Assembly: GCA_947303895.1 (NCBI GenBank) | Contig: CAMYZQ010000002.1 | Location: 1 to 50,252, forward strand | Length of the DNA: 50,252 bases | Origin: an uncultured Bacillota bacterium | GTDB taxonomy: Bacteria > Bacillota_I > Bacilli_A > RF39 > UBA660 | Reading direction: 5' to 3' | In this document: positions 26,436 through 34,475 of the stretch, one piece after another | Numbering within the stretch: position 1 is the stretch's first letter | How the letters are laid out: each line of letters opens with the position of its first letter | Translations under genes and position numbers: made by a program | Notes under the pieces: model-generated | What the model saw: only the letters and a program-made list of their open reading frames with translations | Databases searched by the model: none | Told to the model about the DNA's origin: nothing

Positions 26436-28469
26436 CTATAGATTATTCATAACATCAAACCAACCAAGAGCTGAAATTACTGTATATAATGAATTATCCA
26501 AAGTACTTGAAGTTTCATACTCAGGCATTCTTAAAAAGAAATCATTTGAAAACATAATTCCTTGATTCCAAATTTCATTTTCAGGATGATCTTCTTTTTC
26601 TACCTGTGAATAATCTACTGCTTCTTCAAAAAATGCTATAACATCACCATTTTTATTTATATCTCTTATTATCTTTGGTGGATATATATTTATAGTAACT
26701 GAAGGTAGACTTTTACCAAAACTATCTTTAACTCCAGAAATAGTTAATGTATACTCTGTAGTATCTGGATCAACTAGTTTTCCACCAGTAGTTCCTGTAG
26801 TTCTATAAACAACAAATAGATCAGAAGTATTAGAATTTAAATTAGTTACTTTGTTAAAATAAACAGTATCTAAATTTATTTCTATAGGTTGTTCATCAGA
26901 AACACTTATTAAAGTTGCAGTAATAGTAGATAAATCTAAAGAAACTCCTGAAGCTCCTATTGCTGTCCTAAATACAGCACATGCAGCTAAGTCATCATCT
27001 ACTACTGATAAAGGAATAGTCGATAATTGACCTGAAGCATATTGAAAATACATTTGTACTGTAATAGCATCAGAAATATAGTTATATAAACTAGTATATG
27101 GAGATACAAGACTTATTGTATTGTCTTTATATATTGGATATACATAAACAGTATCTATTACTTGATTTAATACAGACCCAAATTTTAAAAATCCTTCTGC
27201 TTCAAGATCACTATTGGTATAATCATATGGAACTATACCAGCAGGGAATGAAACCCCATATTCTGTATAGACTTTAGAATTTGGTTTTTCTGTAGTCCAA
27301 TAACCAGTAAAAGTATAATTTGTTATATCTGGAGCAGTTATATTTTCAATAGTATATGAAGTATATTGAATTGTAGTTCCTACATATAACTCCACATAAG
27401 AATTTGGGTCAGAAAAATTTCTTTCTAAAGCTGTTCTATAATATCTTATATTAATAATTGTAGGAGACCATACTGCATATAATACAGTATCTTTATCTAT
27501 ATTCCATAAAATAGTTGAATCTTCAAGATACTGTGGTGCTTCTGTATTAGCAACTGCTGACCAACCTTTAAATGTGTATCCCTGCTTAGTTAAAGATTCA
27601 CCAGAAGGTAATGTAATATTTGAATCATAGGTAGCTACTATAGTTTGAGGTACTTCCCCTTCTGCTCCATTAGCATTAAAACTTACATCGTATGTATTTG
27701 CTTCCCATTGAGCAGTAAGAGTTAAAGAAGAAGGAATAACATTTGCTGCTTTAACAACATCTCCTTCTTGTATTATAGTACCGTCATCAGATCTTTTCCA
27801 ACCTTGAAAAGTATAACCTACAGCAGATATAGATGCAGCTGTAGTTGCTGCAGTATATCTCATAGTAACTGCAGCAGGAGCAGTACCATGACCACCATTA
27901 TTATAAGTTAAAGTAGCAGTATTTTCTTTCCAATATGCGTATAATGTTGCCCCTGACTCAGAAGTATATGTAGTATTATAATTAGTACCACCACCTCCAG
28001 TACCAGTACACCAACCGCCAAAAGTATATCCTGTTTTTGTAGGTGATGGTAAACCTAAGGCATAACCATAAGTCTTAGTAAGAGGTGAAGATACTGCAGA
28101 ACCACCTTGAGAATCTAAGTACACTGTAAAATATCTATTTATCTTAGTTAAAGTAATAGATTTAGATGTTGAAATAGTCCCAGGTGATACACCTGTTTTA
28201 TATTTTGCACTTACTGAAACTGTTTTAGATCCGTCAGCATTATGAGTAACAGTTTTAGATTTAGTCGCAAGTGTTGTAGTAGTATTTTTAGCAAAATAAT
28301 GTTTAAAACTATATGAGGTACCATCAATCGTAATGGTACCAGTACATGAATCTTGCTGATTATATGTACCATTAGTAGATTTTACTTTTAATACTGCTGT
28401 TACAACAGAAGTATTCGCTGCTGTATTTACACTAGATTCAGAAAGAGTTAATGATAGAGATGCACCCAT
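26436..28469 (-). CDS. Tail/baseplate-associated adhesin-like protein with three Listeria-Bacteroides (InlB B-type) repeats
   Basis: Three repeats each end GYTFGGW..LYAYW, GYTFQGW..LTAQW and GYTFKGW..LYAVW (aa ~113-336). The N-terminal ~110 aa is Ser/Thr-rich and beta-type. Confidence 0.6.
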   Translation of the reverse strand: MGASLSLTLSESSVNTAANTSVVTAVLKVKSTNGTYNQQDSCTGTITIDGTSYSFKHYFAKNTTTTLATKSKTVTHNADGSKTVSVSAKYKTGVSPGTISTSKSITLTKINRYFTVYLDSQGGSAVSSPLTKTYGYALGLPSPTKTGYTFGGWCTGTGGGGTNYNTTYTSESGATLYAYWKENTATLTYNNGGHGTAPAAVTMRYTAATTAASISAVGYTFQGWKRSDDGTIIQEGDVVKAANVIPSSLTLTAQWEANTYDVSFNANGAEGEVPQTIVATYDSNITLPSGESLTKQGYTFKGWSAVANTEAPQYLEDSTILWNIDKDTVLYAVWSPTIINIRYYRTALERNFSDPNSYVELYVGTTIQYTSYTIENITAPDITNYTFTGYWTTEKPNSKVYTEYGVSFPAGIVPYDYTNSDLEAEGFLKFGSVLNQVIDTVYVYPIYKDNTISLVSPYTSLYNYISDAITVQMYFQYASGQLSTIPLSVVDDDLAACAVFRTAIGASGVSLDLSTITATLISVSDEQPIEINLDTVYFNKVTNLNSNTSDLFVVYRTTGTTGGKLVDPDTTEYTLTISGVKDSFGKSLPSVTINIYPPKIIRDINKNGDVIAFFEEAVDYSQVEKEDHPENEIWNQGIMFSNDFFLRMPEYETSSTLDNSLYTVISALGWFDVMNNL

Positions 28470-28477
28470 TCACTTTC

Positions 28478-29623
28478 CTATATTTTTGTTTTTGCTAATA
28501 ATCTTAAATGACCATCTGTAGTATAAAAATCTGAAAAAGCTGTTCTAGCTCCTATATCTGTATATTCTAAATCATTTAGAATAAAACTATTATTTTTATT
28601 ATCTATATACATAGATTTATTTACACTAAAGTTAATGTTCTTATTTTCTACTCCATGAATATCTATGGTACTTGGAGAAACTACTATTCCATCTAATAAT
28701 CCTGTACTGTCTGATACTTGATTTTCAGTTGAATAATTAAATCCATATAAAGCTTCTTCATTTCTTTCTACTCTTGGAAGTAATAAATTCTCAAGTTTAT
28801 TGACTAAATACTCTATGGATTCATACATAGAAGTCCAAGTATATAATGATGGAATAGTAGGAGGAATAGGATCTGTTGATACACAAATACCTATATAATC
28901 TCCATATACACTTCCAATAGCATTCTTATCTGTAGTTAATACTATATGATAGTCATTAAATTCTTCTGTACATAATATCGAAAATGATAATTTTAATTTA
29001 TTTAATCCCTTAAACTTTATAGGAATATAAATTAACTTATCTGTAAAAGTCTGTGTAGTATTATTATCATCTGAGTATAAAGTAGTTTTAATCTGTAATT
29101 GAGAAGTCACATCTAAATTATTTGAATCTATCACAGACCAATAAATAACAGATGAATTAGAATCAATTACAATATCTTTTTCAGTAACATAGGTACTTTG
29201 AGAAGCATAAATATAACTTATATCAGTATATTCATATAATGAAGTAAATGTTATTCCATTATCATTAGAATATTTTAAGTGAGTATATAATTTATTAGAT
29301 TTTAATTCCTGTATATCACTCTCATATTTTGATAATGCTTCTTGAATTACTGGAGATATAAACTGTTCTGGCTCTCCATTTTCTGCTTTATATAAAGCCC
29401 CTAAAATAATAGGTTTGTTTAATTCACCATTCTCAAAACCAACTAATACAATATCGCCTTCAGCATAAGAAAGCTTAGTTCCAGGAGTAGAACATACGAT
29501 TGCAGAAGATAGATCTTCAGTAGATACTCCACCAGGAGTAGTAACTAATTTATCATACCTTGGAATTCTTACTTTATATTCATAAGCAGATATAATAGAT
29601 TCTACTATACCCTTTTGTATCAT
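28478..29623 (-). CDS. Baseplate central spike, gpV/gp5 OB-fold-like N-terminus
   Basis: GDIVLVGFENGELNKPIILG is the Phage_base_V signature. The gene follows the hub paralogues with a 4-nt ATGA overlap. Confidence 0.6.
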   Translation of the reverse strand: MIQKGIVESIISAYEYKVRIPRYDKLVTTPGGVSTEDLSSAIVCSTPGTKLSYAEGDIVLVGFENGELNKPIILGALYKAENGEPEQFISPVIQEALSKYESDIQELKSNKLYTHLKYSNDNGITFTSLYEYTDISYIYASQSTYVTEKDIVIDSNSSVIYWSVIDSNNLDVTSQLQIKTTLYSDDNNTTQTFTDKLIYIPIKFKGLNKLKLSFSILCTEEFNDYHIVLTTDKNAIGSVYGDYIGICVSTDPIPPTIPSLYTWTSMYESIEYLVNKLENLLLPRVERNEEALYGFNYSTENQVSDSTGLLDGIVVSPSTIDIHGVENKNINFSVNKSMYIDNKNNSFILNDLEYTDIGARTAFSDFYTTDGHLRLLAKTKI

Positions 29624-31881
29624 GTTTTTACTCTCCCGTCTACAATTATATGTTGTTTAGAACTTGCAACTCTTAATAATGAAAGAGTTGTCTTATATCC
29701 ACTCCCACTTAATGAATCTTCTTGACCAGTAACTATATATACTCCACTTATTATTCTTTCACTACCAAAATATATACAATTTATTTTTATATAAGTCAAT
29801 AATAATTGAGGTGATAATAGTCCTCTACATGTTAATTTAGCAGAGACAGGAAACTCAGTAACTTGTTTCCACCAATTATTGTTCAAGCTATCCTGAGAGG
29901 GACTTGAAAAGTCAAGTAAGTGAGAAGAATTAGTAGTATAAGTAACAGAATTTCCTATATTGTTTATATCATAATTATAATTAGAAACGTCTCCACTATA
30001 CTCATATGCAATAGGCCAACTATAATCTGTATCTATACTAAAATCAAATACTTGATTATCATCTGGAAAATTTATATTTACTTCATATAAAGATGCATCA
30101 TATGAATAATTATTTGATATTTCATTAATCTTAAAATAACCGTCATTAATAGTTAACATATAATTAGAATTAACAATATCATCTACATTACTTTTCATAA
30201 TTGAAACAAGACTACTTAAATATGATACTGCATTAATATTTTTAAATTCATCTACTTCAACAACAGAATCATTATTAGGAATCAAATTGTTCTTCTCTAC
30301 AAAATTCTTATCTCTCATTCGAGGAAAAGCAGTAAGTAAATCTTCATTTGCATCGTTATATAATAAGTCTCGAATTATATTAGAAGGTTTATCTTCTATG
30401 CTTGAAAATGTTCTTTTGTGCGAAGCAATAGAAACTGCCGAGCTTGTTGCTTTAAGAGTATATTTTATATTACAATTTATAAAATCAAAACTAACATTTA
30501 CTCCTACTAACAGTGCATTAGAATCAATAAACTCAACACCACTATTAGCATCTCCATATCTTATGATAATTTTATTATATCCATTCTTAGATAATAACTC
30601 ATCTATAAAATTTGGATTACTACCAGGTCTAACTTGATGGATTAAATTTATAGTGTATTCATTCATAGATCCATTTGTTTTTCTTACATTTATACTATCT
30701 ATATAATTTGGATATTTATCATATCTTCCATCACCCTCGTATATACCAAAAGCAAAACCACCTATAGTTATTTCTGCAAATGGAGCTTCTACTGGGTCTA
30801 ATGCAGTTGGTAAAGAAGGACCAAATACTTCTCCTTCAAGTTTAGTTTGTCTTCTTTTAGTATTATCAAACTCACCAGAAGTATTCTGAGTAAGAGCAAA
30901 GACAATCTGTGGTGTATCAGGTATACCACCATAATTCGAATTAGAAATAGATTCTAATGATTTTTTAATTGAATCTACTATTAAGTCTTTAGTCTGATTA
31001 TTTTCATTTACTTGTTCTTCTAAGTATTCAAAATTATCAGATCTATAGAGCTTATTAGCATTACTAGATAAAACAGCGCTTGAATATTGTTCTTCTGAAA
31101 CATAGTCAGCTGGTGCAAAAATATCAGATGAAGAAACATTTATATTAAACTTAGTAGATGTTTTTATATATCGTCTTTCACCTGCTTTAATTGCATGAAT
31201 AATACCATTCTGGTCTATATCGATACTTTCAAGCTCACCTTTTTTAAATTCCCAAGAACCTTTATAACCTTTAGTTTTAGAATCATATAAATCTATATAT
31301 GCAGTAGCAGAAGTATTATCTTTAATAGACATTACTGACATAATAATACCATTAAACCCACATATATCTTGATGTGCTCTGCCATCTTGAAATTGTTTTG
31401 TTATATATCTAAGATGTTTGGCACTACCTGCTTTACTGAAGTCTGAAAAGTTATAAACGCCTATTTTTGACGTGTTAGATATATAAAAATTTTCTGTAAT
31501 TCTATCATAAGCAATTCCAGAACAGGACATGTCTAAATTTATACGAAATTCAATTTTAAATGAATTGGGATTAACAGCATAAACTGATTGTGCTCTAGTA
31601 CTTGATTGATAATTATAAGCAGTTACATAAAATAAACCATTTTTATGGCAGTATGTAGCGCCATTTGCATGACCATAATCAGCTCTCTTCCCTAGATCAA
31701 TATAACTTCCGGAACCGTTTATTTTTAAGACATGATTAGGGTTTGTTCCAGAACAAAATACATACATTTCTTCAGAGGAAACTAATGCAAAAGATTGAGG
31801 AGTAAATCCAGTTCCTGATTTTAATTTATGAACATTACTATTTGAATAACTAAGTTTTCCTATAATATTTCTTGCTGACAT
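29620..31881 (-). CDS. Hub paralogue 3: unknown (possibly beta-propeller-like) N-terminal domain plus shared gpD/XkdQ-like hub region
   Basis: The C-terminal ~480 aa is colinear with the other two paralogues (YPNYIDSINVRKTNGSMNEYTINLIHQVRPGSNPNFIDELLSK ... NWWKQVTEFPVSAKLTCRGLL ... GVYIVTGQEDSLSGSGYKTTLSLLRV). Confidence 0.65.
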   Translation of the reverse strand: MSARNIIGKLSYSNSNVHKLKSGTGFTPQSFALVSSEEMYVFCSGTNPNHVLKINGSGSYIDLGKRADYGHANGATYCHKNGLFYVTAYNYQSSTRAQSVYAVNPNSFKIEFRINLDMSCSGIAYDRITENFYISNTSKIGVYNFSDFSKAGSAKHLRYITKQFQDGRAHQDICGFNGIIMSVMSIKDNTSATAYIDLYDSKTKGYKGSWEFKKGELESIDIDQNGIIHAIKAGERRYIKTSTKFNINVSSSDIFAPADYVSEEQYSSAVLSSNANKLYRSDNFEYLEEQVNENNQTKDLIVDSIKKSLESISNSNYGGIPDTPQIVFALTQNTSGEFDNTKRRQTKLEGEVFGPSLPTALDPVEAPFAEITIGGFAFGIYEGDGRYDKYPNYIDSINVRKTNGSMNEYTINLIHQVRPGSNPNFIDELLSKNGYNKIIIRYGDANSGVEFIDSNALLVGVNVSFDFINCNIKYTLKATSSAVSIASHKRTFSSIEDKPSNIIRDLLYNDANEDLLTAFPRMRDKNFVEKNNLIPNNDSVVEVDEFKNINAVSYLSSLVSIMKSNVDDIVNSNYMLTINDGYFKINEISNNYSYDASLYEVNINFPDDNQVFDFSIDTDYSWPIAYEYSGDVSNYNYDINNIGNSVTYTTNSSHLLDFSSPSQDSLNNNWWKQVTEFPVSAKLTCRGLLSPQLLLTYIKINCIYFGSERIISGVYIVTGQEDSLSGSGYKTTLSLLRVASSKQHIIVDGRVKT

Positions 31882-34475
31882 TAAACTTCTCCAGCTACTC
31901 TTAGTAATGTAAGTTCAGTACTATATCCTGATCCTGAAATTGTATCTTCTTGCGAAGTTACTACATATAAACCACTAGCTAAATCTTTTTGACCATAAAA
32001 TAAAGTATTTATTTTTATATAGGACATAAGTAATGCAGGACTTAATAATCCTTTGATTGTAACTTTTGCAGATATAGGAAATTCAGTTACTTGCTTCCAC
32101 CAAGTAGAATTTATTAAACTTGCTTCATTATATTTATTATTCGAATATAGAATATTAGTTTTTCTTTGGATTAAATCCCCATTATCATCTATACCATATT
32201 CAAATTTAGGAATATTTCCTGCATAATCATATACTAAAGACCAATAATTATTATTACATAATTGAAAATTAGTTATATAATTATCTGTAGGATAACCTAT
32301 ATCTAGGACAAAATAATTACTACTAATTTCCGAATCAGTAGACTGTTGATTGTTATAACTAACTACTTCATTTATTTTAAAATAAGAGCCATTAAATTCA
32401 CTATAAGAATTATCCACTAAACTTAAGTAATAAGTTGAATTATTTTCGTTATTATTCATACATGCTACTAAATAAGATAAATAAGCTAATGGGCTTGAAT
32501 TTGTCATTCCACCAACTTTAACCACTTTATCATTAGTAGGAATTAATCCTTTACTAGCAACTAATGTTCTATTTCTCATTCCAGGAAATAAATCAATTAA
32601 ATTTTTACTAATACTTCCACTATTATAAAGTAAGTCATAAATTAAATTAGAAGGCTTATCAACTTTTTCTTTAAATGTTGTAAATGAAGTTTGTGCTACT
32701 CCTACAGAAGAAATAGCAGTTATAGAATAATTTATTCTATAAGAACTAACATCTTCTGAATGTCTAGCATCCATGATTACTGCAGACTCTTCTTTATAAT
32801 ATGCATTAGGATAGTTTGAATCTCCATATAATATTTTAAGAGGATTAGTATAACCAGTTTTAGAAATTAATTTATCAATAAAATTAGGATCCTCTCCTGG
32901 TCTTATTTGATAAGTTAAATTTAAAGTATATTGATTTATTCTGCCATTTATCTTTTTAACAGACATAGAAGTTATATAATTAGGATATTTATCTCCTTTA
33001 TTACCATAACCCCCTATCTTTGTACCATTAAAGTCTAAAATTATTGTAGGGGCTTCTACCCAAGTTGGGTATGATAATAATTGTGAAGCTTTACCAGATA
33101 ATATTTTCTTAGGTTTATCGTGTTCAAATTCGACTTCTATTATTTCTGATTTAATTTCTGGTTCAGGTATAGCATTTGTTGTAGTAATAGTAGAAGTAGA
33201 AGAACTAAGGTCGAGATTATTTAAATAATCTTGAATCGTTTTAGTGAATTTTGAACTAACTGATTCTTCTTGTTCTTCTTCCTCTCCAGTATAAACATAT
33301 TGATAATTATCAGAACGCCATAACTTAGATATGGCTTGCCTCATGTCGATACCCTGGCCAGTATCTACACCTTCTTCACCAGGAATATCCATAATGCCGC
33401 CACCAGTACCAATATAACGAGAGGCATGTGTAAAACTACCATAACTAGAAATACTTCTAACTCTAATGGAATTATTCCATTTATTAGAATTTCTTACATT
33501 ATCATCTCCACCAGCAGCTTCTGCTAATCTATTTCCACCAAGATATAATGCGTAATGACAACTACTACCATTATCTCTCCACAATACATCACCTTTTTGG
33601 AGAGATGAAAATGAAGGCTTACCTAAATTTCTAAATCTAGAATTAGTATTTCTAAATATTGTAGTGGCAGAATTCTTTCCTTTTTTGCACATATCTAGCA
33701 TATATGGCTCACCACCACCATGAGCAAAAGCAGAAAAAACAAATGGATTGCAACAATATGTTTTTTCTGGGTCTAGCATATGGCCTTTTTTTAATTTCTG
33801 AGTACCACAAAAATAACAGCCATAATGATGAGCAGGTTTCCCATAACCATAATGAAAACTATTATCAGCAGCAATAGCTTCTGCCCACTTACAAGCACCA
33901 TCAATTACATCAGCGGCACAAGTAGATCTTCTTTTAACTGGTTGAGAGACAATACGTAAATTAGTATTTCCATTACTAGTAGTACTTGTAGCAGTTTTTA
34001 GCTTTACGATAGCTCTAACTTTTCTAGAATTATCATACTTGTGGGCTGTTAATTTTGTCTTAGAGTTTGTTTTATCCCAAACATACACATCATTGCCTGA
34101 TGCGTGATCAACAATAAAAATATGACCACCGCTACCACTAATACCTGACTTATTATCATCTAAAAGAATAATATCTCCAGGTGTGATTTTGTTTATTATT
34201 GATTTTATTGAAGGATTCTGATAGTAAGTAACTATCATCTTATCATTAGCACCAGTAACAGTACCTGTCCCATATCCTTTACCATTATGCCATAATGCTT
34301 TACCTTCTGTTAAAATCCCTATTCTTTGTAAAACACATGCTACAAAAGTAACACAAGTACCTTTATGCTTGGATTTTGCGACAGTTGGATGACTTTCCCA
34401 TCCATAATCGGCGTCTTCCATCCATTTAGCTTGAGTTTGGCATGCTTCTAATTCTTTATCTATTATATTAGCCAT
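31881..34475 (-). CDS. Hub paralogue 2: two papain-like (NlpC/P60- or CHAP-like) cysteine peptidase domains plus shared hub region
   Basis: Cys/His pairs GTCVTFVACV...GGHIFIVDH and YCCNPFVFSAF...SCHYALYLGG. The shared C-terminus reads YPNYITSMSVKKINGRINQYTLNLTYQIRPGEDPNFIDKLISK ... GLYVVTSQEDTISGSGYSTELTLLRV. Confidence 0.65.
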   Translation of the reverse strand: MANIIDKELEACQTQAKWMEDADYGWESHPTVAKSKHKGTCVTFVACVLQRIGILTEGKALWHNGKGYGTGTVTGANDKMIVTYYQNPSIKSIINKITPGDIILLDDNKSGISGSGGHIFIVDHASGNDVYVWDKTNSKTKLTAHKYDNSRKVRAIVKLKTATSTTSNGNTNLRIVSQPVKRRSTCAADVIDGACKWAEAIAADNSFHYGYGKPAHHYGCYFCGTQKLKKGHMLDPEKTYCCNPFVFSAFAHGGGEPYMLDMCKKGKNSATTIFRNTNSRFRNLGKPSFSSLQKGDVLWRDNGSSCHYALYLGGNRLAEAAGGDDNVRNSNKWNNSIRVRSISSYGSFTHASRYIGTGGGIMDIPGEEGVDTGQGIDMRQAISKLWRSDNYQYVYTGEEEEQEESVSSKFTKTIQDYLNNLDLSSSTSTITTTNAIPEPEIKSEIIEVEFEHDKPKKILSGKASQLLSYPTWVEAPTIILDFNGTKIGGYGNKGDKYPNYITSMSVKKINGRINQYTLNLTYQIRPGEDPNFIDKLISKTGYTNPLKILYGDSNYPNAYYKEESAVIMDARHSEDVSSYRINYSITAISSVGVAQTSFTTFKEKVDKPSNLIYDLLYNSGSISKNLIDLFPGMRNRTLVASKGLIPTNDKVVKVGGMTNSSPLAYLSYLVACMNNNENNSTYYLSLVDNSYSEFNGSYFKINEVVSYNNQQSTDSEISSNYFVLDIGYPTDNYITNFQLCNNNYWSLVYDYAGNIPKFEYGIDDNGDLIQRKTNILYSNNKYNEASLINSTWWKQVTEFPISAKVTIKGLLSPALLMSYIKINTLFYGQKDLASGLYVVTSQEDTISGSGYSTELTLLRVAGEV

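Noticed and set aside
22381-28469. Using elevated G+C alone as proof of horizontal acquisition of the fibre cassette.
   Set aside because: A 60-nt sample of the sheath gene (47401-47460) is also about 45% G+C. Part of the rise therefore reflects Gly/Ala/Pro/Thr-rich structural proteins. I kept it only as supporting evidence, alongside the gene-order disruption.
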